Of a stretch of DNA of 64,000 nucleotides, positions 1 to 8,548 are shown piece after piece (position 1 is the first letter of the stretch; every line of letters starts with the position of its first letter). The notes beneath the pieces were generated by a model. The model was not told the origin of the DNA. It made no database searches and worked only from the letters and a program-made list of their open reading frames with translations. Made by a program: the position numbers and the translations under genes. Origin of the DNA: Bacteroidales bacterium UBA6360 (lineage in GTDB: Bacteria > Bacteroidota > Bacteroidia > Bacteroidales > UBA932); contig DJRM01000046.1 in assembly GCA_002440085.1 (NCBI GenBank), positions 10,934 to 74,933 of the forward strand, in the 5' to 3' direction.

Positions 1-699
1 ATACAGCTCCGGTGCTATATTCGTCGGATAGAATGTCTGTTCGTTCAGTTCAAACAATTTGTTCCAAGAACCGGCTCCACGTTCTGCAGAGCGCATGAGA
101 TGCCCCCTTGTCGTATATTTACCTGTAGGCACTCCGGACCAATACTGATACTTGTCACTCGGACTCTTCAAGTCATCCTTACTTACAGTCCCCCATGGCC
201 AATCTGCCCAATCGGAAGCATATATTATGGATTGTTCCCCTTCTCCGAAGGCTGGGTCGGGACGCCAAGGGTCTGGCTTCGGACGGGTGTAGCCTCCTTC
301 CCAATATATTTCGTGACAAGGGTAAGCCACCCACATCGGATTGTGACGGCGGATGTCGTAGCAGGCCTCGTAGTTGCGAACTTCCTTTTTTGTCTCGTAG
401 GTCGTACCGCGATGATCGACATATTTGTAGTCGGCACTCGCCTTTACCGTCCGAGGACGCTCGATGTAGTCTTTCAAGACCGGTTCGGGATCCGGTTCGG
501 GGTCCGGTTCCGGATCGGGGTCTGGATTGGGATCCGGGTCTGGGTCTGGGTCTGGATCGGGGTCTGGATTGTCCTCGCCGCCCTCGTCCCCGCCAGGTTT
601 TTCAGTATTGACGCTCCCCGGGAGTATTTCTGGCTCGCATGATGGCAGTCCCAAAACGATGACCGCGGCCAAAACGAGATATAAAGGTAATCTTCTCAT
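1..699 (-). CDS. Lipoprotein DNA/RNA non-specific endonuclease (Endonuclease_NS / beta-beta-alpha-Me type), 3' end truncated by the window edge
   Basis: Not in the ORF track; translated by hand from ATG at 699. It reads MRRLPLYLVLAAVIVLGLPS-C (lipoprotein signal), a Pro-Asp linker, then RNYEACYD...NPMWVAY...DPWRPDP...TTRGHLMRSAER...LNEQTFYPTNIAPE. RGH and N..TF..TNI.P are hallmarks of this nuclease family. It has its own TAACTTTG motif at 729-736. Confidence 0.85.
   Translation of the reverse strand, partial: MRRLPLYLVLAAVIVLGLPSCEPEILPGSVNTEKPGGDEGGEDNPDPDPDPDPDPDPNPDPDPEPDPEPDPEPVLKDYIERPRTVKASADYKYVDHRGTTYETKKEVRNYEACYDIRRHNPMWVAYPCHEIYWEGGYTRPKPDPWRPDPAFGEGEQSIIYASDWADWPWGTVSKDDLKSPSDKYQYWSGVPTGKYTTRGHLMRSAERGAGSWNKLFELNEQTFYPTNIAPELY
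481..570 (-). repeat. Degenerate 6-bp tandem repeat encoding a (D/E/N)P x15 linker
   Basis: The minus strand reads NPDPDPDPDPDPDPNPDPDPEPDPEPDPEP, in frame with the nuclease ORF. Confidence 0.9.
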
Positions 700-752
700 T
701 GTTCGTCAGTATTATTGTCTGATGGGAACAAAGTTACAAATTTTGCCGAACA

Positions 753-2876
753 TTACCAGTTGGTGTGAGTTTTCGAGAAGTCTTCGATTGAGAGGGCGGA
801 ATTATTAGCCGATATGGTCAAGACAAAACTATATGGCCCATACAGTCCATCCTCTCCGTCGCCAATAACAAGGGAACTACTGAATTCTATTTTTCCTATC
901 GCCTTGTCATATAGGCCTAATGGAAAATCATCCTTGGAAGCCGAGGTGTTAAGCGTAGCGTAGCATCCGAAACGAAGGGGAGATGCGAACCCATTATAGA
1001 GAGTATTATATATTCCCATATCATTCATTTCGTAAAGTATATCAACGGCCGAAGCGTCACGGGCATCAATTATTGTCATATAGTCGCCTTGTTTGTCCAC
1101 GAAAGAAACGTTCTGCAGTTCAGAGTTTCCCTTGAAAAGATTCTCAATGACAAATACATCCATTCCCGGGACTTTCTTTATCGTCAGATTGCTGAAAGTC
1201 ATAGCTGCAAGAGCCGGGGAAATCTTATTAAATGCCCAGAACAAGTCAGTCTCGACCATGCCAGACTCCGAAACAGTCTCAAGCACGGTAGTTTCCGGAT
1301 TGAATATATAGCAGTCAGTAGTGACGTCCTTCCTGACGATTGTTTCCATACCCGTTGAAGATGTCGCGACGACAAGTATAACATAGTCCGTGAGCGGTGA
1401 ACGATTCCACCAATTCCATTCACATCCTTCGGCATTCGCCTGTGCAATCTGTTCTGCGTCCAAAGGCTTTCCATATTCCTTCATGATTTCAGAATCGCTC
1501 TTGCCCATGGAATCATACGCTTCTTTCGTGAAGAGCCATACGGAAACGTTCGGAGCATCGGATGTGAGCCTTGCATGAATCTCATTGTAAGTAATCGATT
1601 CTATGGCAACGTCCAGAGCCGGTGCCGGGCCAGTAGCCGCTGATGTAGTGACGTCAAGAATGGCACACGTTCCGACCCCCTCACCACCTGAACAATATTG
1701 GGCAATAACTTTATATGAAGTCTCGGCCGCAATCGCCACCATATTTCCCGTAGTGTTTCTCGCCGTCCCAAAATTCATCACGAAATCGCCACCGTCGTGA
1801 GTTTGGTTCATTGTTGCATTCAATAATGCCGAAGCAAGTTCCTGCTCCTCCCAACCGTTATTACGAAATTCTTCCCACGCGGAAGAGAACACGGCGACAT
1901 AACGCACAGAAACGCCTTCTTCAGTTGAAGCATTAACCGAAATTGAAACAGGAGAAGGTTCGCCTGCCGTCAAATCTATCTTCTTAGAGGCCTTATACTC
2001 AAGAGGCTCCATTTCCTTAACCTCGCTCCGTTCTACGGAGAACGCATCTGTCTTTGTACGAGCAAACACATTACCAGCAGTGTCTTCGGCAACTATGCTG
2101 ATTCCTGCCTCGTCAGTGAATGGCGCTGTGACAAAATAGAACCAGGTCGGAGTAGAGGAAAGGACGGCCGACTGCTGCGCATCACATGTCAACCGTACAA
2201 AACTGCGCATATAATTGTTATATTTTTCGTCGAAAACAGCTCCAGGATAATTTCCCGTGCGAATCTGCTCCTCGGATAATTTCAGCAGACCGCTTATCGC
2301 CTGCCCACCATTGGCTTTCAGAATAACGCGTGATATCGCCTCGCCATTTCCAGTAAGTCCAACCTTGACAACGGAACCGAGGTTATAAAATTTGATATCC
2401 GTGCCTGTGCTATAGCCAACCATAGGGTTAGTAAACGGTGCGAATGTATCTGTAAAATAATGCTGGTACGGATATAGATACACACTGTACCAATTGACAC
2501 CGCCATCCTCATAGAAATCATACTGAGGCCCGAAATCTTCCTCTGTTCCGGACTCGGCACCTTTCACATAAACAGCATAGTACTCGTCCGCCTTTTCCAC
2601 GTTTTCGACTGTCGCGACTGCCGGGTTTTCGGGGTCAATGGCAACAGCATAAACTGTATGGTTTATCACGACTTTGTCGCCCTCTGACCAGAGGACGGTC
2701 TTGTCGTCCTTGAGAGAAGTCTTGGTTCCCGGAGCCGAGAGGTGAAGGGTTACTGTTTCAACGGCAGGGTGTGCCGGAATGAGGTTTTCCACAGGTTCCT
2801 TGGCGCAGGACAAGACCAAGGGAAGTGCCAGAGCCGTTGCCAAGGCACTCGCGGCATAGGATTTCAACGTCTTCAT
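753..2876 (-). CDS. Fimbrillin/pilin-like lipoprotein with two Fn3-like repeats and a C-terminal extension
   Basis: Lipoprotein signal (LVLS-C). The GTKTSL...VLWSEGDKVVIN N-terminus is typical of Bacteroidales fimbrillin-like proteins. Two similar segments end in ..T(S/D)Y(K/V)..I...DVTT. Confidence 0.65.
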   Translation of the reverse strand: MKTLKSYAASALATALALPLVLSCAKEPVENLIPAHPAVETVTLHLSAPGTKTSLKDDKTVLWSEGDKVVINHTVYAVAIDPENPAVATVENVEKADEYYAVYVKGAESGTEEDFGPQYDFYEDGGVNWYSVYLYPYQHYFTDTFAPFTNPMVGYSTGTDIKFYNLGSVVKVGLTGNGEAISRVILKANGGQAISGLLKLSEEQIRTGNYPGAVFDEKYNNYMRSFVRLTCDAQQSAVLSSTPTWFYFVTAPFTDEAGISIVAEDTAGNVFARTKTDAFSVERSEVKEMEPLEYKASKKIDLTAGEPSPVSISVNASTEEGVSVRYVAVFSSAWEEFRNNGWEEQELASALLNATMNQTHDGGDFVMNFGTARNTTGNMVAIAAETSYKVIAQYCSGGEGVGTCAILDVTTSAATGPAPALDVAIESITYNEIHARLTSDAPNVSVWLFTKEAYDSMGKSDSEIMKEYGKPLDAEQIAQANAEGCEWNWWNRSPLTDYVILVVATSSTGMETIVRKDVTTDCYIFNPETTVLETVSESGMVETDLFWAFNKISPALAAMTFSNLTIKKVPGMDVFVIENLFKGNSELQNVSFVDKQGDYMTIIDARDASAVDILYEMNDMGIYNTLYNGFASPLRFGCYATLNTSASKDDFPLGLYDKAIGKIEFSSSLVIGDGEDGLYGPYSFVLTISANNSALSIEDFSKTHTNW

Positions 2877-2923
2877 TGTTATGATTATTTTTTAAGTTTG
2901 CAGGTTAATTTCCTATAGTTCCG

Positions 2924-2931
2924 CAAATATA
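2924..2931 (-). promoter_or_regulatory. Bacteroidota -7 promoter motif (TATATTTG) for the pilin-like gene
   Basis: Matches TAnnTTTG about 50 bp upstream of the ATG at 2876. Confidence 0.55.
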
Positions 2932-2997
2932 GGCAATTTATCCCCCCGCCGCCAACTTTTTTTTCACTTTTTAAAGGCTCGGAATGTTTCAAAAACG

Positions 2998-3035
2998 AAA
3001 AAACAGGTTCCGAAGACAGAAACTTCAGAACCTGC
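2998..3035 (-). terminator. Intrinsic terminator downstream of tsf
   Basis: Minus-strand hairpin CAGGTTCTGAAG...CTTCGGAACCTG followed by a T run. Confidence 0.7.
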
Positions 3036-3052
3036 TAATTATAAAACTTGAA

Positions 3053-3250
3053 TATGAAATTGAATAAAAAGATGGAGTACAAGGCGTCCGGTGAAGCTTT
3101 TCGTTAAGCCATCTGTGCAGTCCAAGTCTACTTGAGACTGCCGTGGCGAGAAAAGGTCGCATCAGCGAACGTAAAACCGCAGCAACCTTATGGTTGTGAG
3201 GATTTTAGCAAGACGGGCAACGCAGTAATCCGCTTTTTATTCGATTTCTA
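3053..3250. repeat. MITE/REP-like inverted-repeat element (composite), related to the elements at 14788-14930 and 45043-45267
   Basis: Imperfect terminal inverted repeats (GAAATTGAATAAAAAGATGG / CCGCTTTTTATTCGATTTC). The core AAACCGCAGCAACCTTATGGTTGTGAGGATTT is nearly identical to the reverse complement of 45086-45117. Confidence 0.7.
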
Positions 3251-3251
3251 T

Positions 3252-4088
3252 TTAGTCGCTGAGGGAGAAACGCTTGAATGTAAGCACCTGTGCCTCCTTG
3301 TCAGCCTTGGCGAGGACATCCTTAACGGCTTCCTTGCCGTCGCCCATCTGGTAGGCCTGGTCGAGGAGAGTGTTCTCCTTGAAGAACTTGCCGAGCTTGC
3401 CCTTCGCAATCTGCTCAAGCATAGCCTCCGGCTTTCCGGCCATTTTCGGGTCTTCCTTCATCTGCTCCTTATAGAGCTGCATCTCCTTGGCAACGACCTC
3501 GGCCGGGCAGTCCTTCTCGGAAACTGAAACAGGGTTCATCGTGGCAACCTGAATTGCGATGCCCCTTGCGATTTCAGGATCAACCGCCTTGCTGAAGCCG
3601 ACCACTGAAGCCACCTTGCCGTTGTGGTGAACGTATGCTGCGGAGAACGGAGCGCTGATTGTCGCATAGTAGGCAACGACATGCTTCTCACCGGTCTTGC
3701 CTGTCTGCTCAGTAACGGCGGCCTCAACGGTCCTTCCGTCAGCGAGGACAACGCTCTTGAGAGCTTCTGCGTCCGCAGGGAAAGCCGCGATGGCAGCATC
3801 TGCGATGGCGTTTGCAAGAGCTTGGAACTCAGCGTTCTTTGACACGAAGTCAGTCTCGCATCCAAGGCATACGAGTATGGCCTTGTCTCCGTCGATGCGG
3901 GTGAGGACAGCGCCTTCGGTGGTTTCCCTGTCCGCACGCTTTGCAGCAACGAGCTTGCCTTTCTCACGGATGATTTCCTGTGCGCGGTTGTAGTCGCCTT
4001 CAGCCTCGATGAGAGCCTTCTTGCAGTCCATCATTCCGGCACCGGTCATTTGACGCAATTTCATTACGTCAGCTGCTTTGATATCCAT
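3252..4088 (-). CDS. tsf: Elongation factor Ts
   Basis: LRQMTGAGMMDCKKAL and CETDFV motifs; lies downstream of rpsB. Confidence 0.98.
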   Translation of the reverse strand: MDIKAADVMKLRQMTGAGMMDCKKALIEAEGDYNRAQEIIREKGKLVAAKRADRETTEGAVLTRIDGDKAILVCLGCETDFVSKNAEFQALANAIADAAIAAFPADAEALKSVVLADGRTVEAAVTEQTGKTGEKHVVAYYATISAPFSAAYVHHNGKVASVVGFSKAVDPEIARGIAIQVATMNPVSVSEKDCPAEVVAKEMQLYKEQMKEDPKMAGKPEAMLEQIAKGKLGKFFKENTLLDQAYQMGDGKEAVKDVLAKADKEAQVLTFKRFSLSD

Positions 4089-4124
4089 TGTCTTGAATTT
4101 TAGATGTTAATGTTTTTTCGCAAA

Positions 4125-5027
4125 TTATTCGGCGTCAGCCTTCGGAGCCTCCTCAACCGGAGCCTCTTCCGCCTTAGGAGTTTCCTCCTGTGCAGGAGCG
4201 GCCTCCTCGGCCGGAGCCTCGGCTACCGGAGCTGTCTCCTCTGCGGAATCCTCAGCTTTCGCGCCCTTGCGGGAACGGAGCTTCTTTCCAGCCACCTGCT
4301 TGTCGTCAGCAACTTCTGGAGCTTCCTTTTCCTTCTCGAGTTTCCTTTCGTTCAGTCCCTCGTTGATGGCCTTGCAAAGCACGTCCATGATGTAGGAAAT
4401 TGACTTTGCGGCATCGTCATTGGCCGGAATCACATAATCAATCGGAGTAGGATCGCAACAAGTATCAACCATAGCGATAACCGGAATGTTGAGACGGTTT
4501 GCCTCTTTAACGGCATTCATCTCTTTCTGTACGTCCACTACGAAAAGTGCGGAAGGAAGGCGGCTGAGATCCTTGATTGAACCGAGGTTCTTCTCAAGCT
4601 TTGCGCGCTGACGGGTAATCTGGAGACGCTCGCGCTTTGCGAGTGTGTCGAACGTTCCATCTTCAATCATCTTGTCGATGGTGTTCATCTTCTTGACTGC
4701 CTTACGGATGGTAGGGAAGTTGGTAAGCATACCGCCGGCCCAACGCTCTGTCACGTATGGCATGTTGACGGAAGCGGCCTTCTCGGAAACGATGTCCTTT
4801 GCCTGCTTCTTCGTGGCAACGAAAAGTACCTTGCGGCCTGAACGTGCAAGCTGTTTGAGTACATCCGCAGCCTCGTCAATCTTTACTATAGTCTTGTGCA
4901 GGTCGATGATGTGGATTCCGTTCTTCTGGTCGAAAATGTATGGGGCCATCTTAGGATTCCACTTTCTCGCCAGGTGTCCGAAATGAACACCCGCATCAAG
5001 CAATTCCTGGAAATTTGATCTTGGCAT
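4125..5027 (-). CDS. rpsB: 30S ribosomal protein S2
   Basis: LLDAGVHFGH, WNPKMAPYI and PANDDA motifs; acidic Ala/Glu-rich tail. Confidence 0.98.
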   Translation of the reverse strand: MPRSNFQELLDAGVHFGHLARKWNPKMAPYIFDQKNGIHIIDLHKTIVKIDEAADVLKQLARSGRKVLFVATKKQAKDIVSEKAASVNMPYVTERWAGGMLTNFPTIRKAVKKMNTIDKMIEDGTFDTLAKRERLQITRQRAKLEKNLGSIKDLSRLPSALFVVDVQKEMNAVKEANRLNIPVIAMVDTCCDPTPIDYVIPANDDAAKSISYIMDVLCKAINEGLNERKLEKEKEAPEVADDKQVAGKKLRSRKGAKAEDSAEETAPVAEAPAEEAAPAQEETPKAEEAPVEEAPKADAE

Positions 5028-5240
5028 TGTTTTAATTTTTTCTTTGTTTTTACTTTCCTCTCTTCGGCATGCCTTGCCTGAAGGAGGCTCTTTTCTTCAT
5101 TCCGGAAGCAGCGGCCTTGCCGGTCTCCGAAATTTCCGCAGCCAGGCAATCTTCAGGCAGCCCGCCGGGATTCGCATCCCACGTCGGAGTCCTGAGATTT
5201 GGAACCGGACTGTGCTTTCAAGTAAATCTGGCAGTGACGA

Positions 5241-5630
5241 TTAACGTTTGCTGAACTGGAAGCGTCTACGTGCACCAGGCTGACCCGGCTTCTTACGCTC
5301 AACCTCACGGGCGTCACGTGTAAGGAAGCCTGCGGACTTGAGGGCCGGGCGGTATGCCTCACGGTCAATCTCGCAAAGGGCGCGGGAAATGCCGAGACGT
5401 GCAGCCTCAGCCTGACCTTTGATTCCGCCGCCGTCAAGGTTGATCTTGACGTCGAACTGGCCTTCAGTGCCGGTGACAGCAAAAGGCTGGTTGACGATGT
5501 AGCGGAGTGAGTCCTCGCAGAAATAGTTGTCGAGTTCACGGCCGTTGATTGTCACATTGCCTTTTCCTGCTGAAACATAAACGCGAGCAACTGCTGATTT
5601 ACGTCTTCCAAGGGCGTTTACTACTTTCAT
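5241..5630 (-). CDS. rpsI: 30S ribosomal protein S9
   Basis: [10 protein letters not shown] and [19 protein letters not shown]. Confidence 0.98.
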   Translation of the reverse strand: MKVVNALGRRKSAVARVYVSAGKGNVTINGRELDNYFCEDSLRYIVNQPFAVTGTEGQFDVKINLDGGGIKGQAEAARLGISRALCEIDREAYRPALKSAGFLTRDAREVERKKPGQPGARRRFQFSKR

Positions 5631-5639
5631 TGACTCTGC

Positions 5640-6092
5640 TTAAATTTCGTTTAACTTAATTTCTTTAGGGTTCTGTGCCTGATGCGGATGCTCAGGACCA
5701 GCGTAGAGGTAGAGGTTGTTGATGATCTTGCTGCCGAGACGATTCTTCGGGAGCATACCCTTGACAGCCATCCTCATAAGCTCTGTAGGCCTCTTCCTGA
5801 GGATTTCGGCAGGTGTGGTGAAGCGCTGGCCGCCGGGGTTACCGGTGTAGCGGACATACACCCTGTCGGTCATCTTCTTGCCCGTGAGTCTCACCTTGTC
5901 GGCGTTGACGATGATGACGTTGTCACCACAGTCAAGGTTCGGGGTGAACGAAGGCTTGTTCTTACCGCGGAGGATAAGGGCAACCCTTGAGGCAAGACGG
6001 CCGAGCACCAAGTCGGTAGCATCAATCACAAACCACTCTTTCTTGATATCGCCGGCTTTCAGCGATACAGTTTTGTAACTTTGTGTGTCCAT
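5640..6092 (-). CDS. rplM: 50S ribosomal protein L13
   Basis: WFVIDA..LVLGRLAS, DCGDNVII and GMLPKNRLG. Confidence 0.98.
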   Translation of the reverse strand: MDTQSYKTVSLKAGDIKKEWFVIDATDLVLGRLASRVALILRGKNKPSFTPNLDCGDNVIIVNADKVRLTGKKMTDRVYVRYTGNPGGQRFTTPAEILRKRPTELMRMAVKGMLPKNRLGSKIINNLYLYAGPEHPHQAQNPKEIKLNEI

Positions 6093-6153
6093 CTTGATTG
6101 TTAATGGTTAATACTTAATACTTTAGTTGCGTCCCTATACCACATAGGGGCTG

Positions 6154-6161
6154 CAAAGGTA
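6154..6161 (-). promoter_or_regulatory. -7 promoter motif (TACCTTTG) of the rplM operon
   Basis: TAnnTTTG upstream of rplM, followed by a short leader hairpin (CCCTAT-GTGGT-ATAGGG). Confidence 0.7.
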
Positions 6162-6242
6162 GTAATTTTTTATTTCCTGACAAAATAAATGTTGACTTCC
6201 TCCATTTACAGAGCAAGTCAACACCTGAAATTCACGCGACAA

Positions 6243-6358
6243 GGCGGCATCAGCCGCCGCGATGGAGGGATGGAGTGAAACGGAAGACCGGAGTCGCCCG
6301 ACGTAACGAAGTGAAGTCGGCATGCCCCTAATAGGGGCTGTCGCGTCAGCGACTGGGG
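6243..6358. repeat. Cluster of short GC-rich palindromes (REP-like) downstream of pfkA
   Basis: GGCGGC-ATCA-GCCGCC (6243-6258), GCCCCTAATAGGGGC (6324-6338) and GTCGC-GTCA-GCGAC (6340-6353). Confidence 0.5.
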
Positions 6359-6386
6359 TTAAAAGACCATTTCATGTCTTGTCAAT

Positions 6387-7367
6387 TTATATCGACAAGA
6401 CATGAAGCACGTTAATGAGTTCGCGGTCAATCGGCTTGTCAATCTTGATGGCCTTGTTGAACGGAACATAGACAATCTTGTCGTTGGAGATGCCGACCAT
6501 CACGTTGCGCTGCCCGTCGTTCAGGGCGTCAATCGCCGCAACGCCCAGCCGGCTCGCGAGAATGCGGTCGAACGCGCTCGGGGTGCCTCCCCTCTGGAGA
6601 TGGCCGAGTATGGTCACGCGCACGTCGTACTGAGGATACTCTGTCCTGATTCTCTCGGCATAGTGCATTGCCCCGCCGTCCTTCTTGCTCTCGGAGACAA
6701 TGACAATCGAACTGTTCTTGCTCTTGCGGAATCCCCTGCTGATGAACTGCTCCAGCTGGTCGACGTCGGTCTGATCCTCCGGGATGATGGCGGCCTCGGC
6801 CCCCGAGGCAATCGCGCTGTTCTGCGCGAGGAAACCGGCGTCACGCCCCATGACCTCGATGAAGAAGATGCGGTCGTGCGAAGTCGCGGTGTCGCGAATT
6901 TTGTCGACGCATTCGACTATAGTGTTGAGCGCCGTGTCGTATCCTATCGTGTAGTCCGTGCCATAGAGGTCGTTGTCAATCGTTCCCGGAAGCCCGATGC
7001 ACGGAACGTCAAACTCCTTCGCGAAGACCTGCGCGCCGGCAAGCGAGCCGTTTCCTCCTATTATAATAAGGGCATCAATGCCGGCCGCCTTCATGTTGTC
7101 GTATGCGATTTTTCGGCCTTCGGGAGTCATAAATGCCTCGGAACGCGCGGTCTTGAGAATTGTTCCGCCGCGCTGTATGGTGTTGCTGACAGACTGCGAG
7201 GTAAACTCCGTAATTTCGTTGTTGATAAGACCCTCATAACCCCTGTATATACCCATGACTTTCCATCCGTTGTAGATAGAAGCCCTTGTCACGGCCCTTA
7301 CAGCCGCATTCATTCCGGGAGCGTCTCCGCCGGAGGTGAGCACTCCCACTGTAGAAATCTTTGCCAT
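6387..7367 (-). CDS. pfkA: 6-phosphofructokinase
   Basis: [23 protein letters not shown] and [11 protein letters not shown] at 7367. Confidence 0.97.
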   Translation of the reverse strand: MAKISTVGVLTSGGDAPGMNAAVRAVTRASIYNGWKVMGIYRGYEGLINNEITEFTSQSVSNTIQRGGTILKTARSEAFMTPEGRKIAYDNMKAAGIDALIIIGGNGSLAGAQVFAKEFDVPCIGLPGTIDNDLYGTDYTIGYDTALNTIVECVDKIRDTATSHDRIFFIEVMGRDAGFLAQNSAIASGAEAAIIPEDQTDVDQLEQFISRGFRKSKNSSIVIVSESKKDGGAMHYAERIRTEYPQYDVRVTILGHLQRGGTPSAFDRILASRLGVAAIDALNDGQRNVMVGISNDKIVYVPFNKAIKIDKPIDRELINVLHVLSI

Positions 7368-7493
7368 AATCAATAAAATGAGCCGCGATAAGCAACAAAA
7401 TTCGTGCTATTTTCAGGCCTTATAGCAAGCCGGCACGATTGCCGGGCGACATTCCGGCAAAATGTATTAACTTTGGAAGATTTTTGGATAACA

Positions 7494-8534
7494 ATGAAAA
7501 TTGGAGAGAATATAGATTTGGGGGAGCAGCCTCTGTTCCTTGCGCCGATGGAGGATGTGACGGATCCGTCGTTCCGGTGGGTGTGCAAGGAATACGGGGC
7601 GGACATGATGTACACTGAATTCATATCCTCGGACGGACTGATACGCGACGCGCGGAAATCGCTTGAAAAGCTGAAGACCTACGACTTCGAGGCGCCGATT
7701 GGCATACAGATTTACGGAAGCATTCCCGAGGCGATGGTCGATGCTGCTGTGATGGCGGACAGGGCGACGGAGCTCGTGGAGACACATGGTGCCGACGTCA
7801 TAGACATAAACTTCGGATGTCCGGTGAGCAAGATTGCGCGGCGCGGGGCAGGAAGCGGGATGATGCGCGAGCCTGACAAGATGGTGGACATCACGCGTAG
7901 GGTCGTGGATGCGGTGAAAAAGCCAGTTACAGTGAAGACACGCCTTGGATGGGACGAGGACTCGAAGATTATCGTCGAACTCGCGGAGAGACTTCAGGAC
8001 ACGGGAATACAGGCACTTACGATTCACGGGCGCACGCGCTGCCAGATGTACAAGGGCGAGGCGGACTGGACTCTGATAGGGCAGGTGAAGAACAATCCGA
8101 GGATGCATATACCCATTATAGGTAACGGGGATATTAGGACGCCGCAGGACGCCAAGAATGCGTTTGACCGCTATGGAGTGGACGGGATTATGATAGGACG
8201 CGCGACTTTCGGACATCCGTGGATATTCAGGGAAATAAAACACTATCTCCAAACGGGGGAACTTCTCCCTCCGATGAGTGTCGCCGAAAGGGTGGAACTC
8301 GCGAAGCGCCACCTCGCCAAGTCGATAGAAATCAAGGGAGAACATGTCGGGGTCATAGAGATGCGTCGGCATCTCTCATGTTATTTCAAGGGACTCCCGG
8401 AGTTCAAGGAGACGAGGCTCCGTCTTGTGACGCTTTATGACATACCGCAGATTTACGCCACACTCGACTATGTGGCACAGCGATGGGGCGAGTGCTCGCC
8501 GGAGGCTTCATCAGTCTACGACGAAAACATATAA
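7494..8534 (+). CDS. dusB: tRNA-dihydrouridine synthase B
   Basis: LAPMEDVTD, DINFGCP, TIHGRT and GNGD; TAACTTTG at 7468-7475 precedes the ATG at 7494. Confidence 0.93.
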   Translation: MKIGENIDLGEQPLFLAPMEDVTDPSFRWVCKEYGADMMYTEFISSDGLIRDARKSLEKLKTYDFEAPIGIQIYGSIPEAMVDAAVMADRATELVETHGADVIDINFGCPVSKIARRGAGSGMMREPDKMVDITRRVVDAVKKPVTVKTRLGWDEDSKIIVELAERLQDTGIQALTIHGRTRCQMYKGEADWTLIGQVKNNPRMHIPIIGNGDIRTPQDAKNAFDRYGVDGIMIGRATFGHPWIFREIKHYLQTGELLPPMSVAERVELAKRHLAKSIEIKGEHVGVIEMRRHLSCYFKGLPEFKETRLRLVTLYDIPQIYATLDYVAQRWGECSPEASSVYDENI

Positions 8535-8548
8535 CCGAAAAGACAAAT

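Noticed and set aside
481..570. Possible CRISPR-like array
   Set aside because: It is a 6-bp coding repeat with no spacers, and there are no cas genes in the window.
100..808. Plus-strand ORFs with GSGSGS, VWVWIG or GLGLD repeats
   Set aside because: These are shadow translations of the Pro-Asp linker of the minus-strand nuclease gene.
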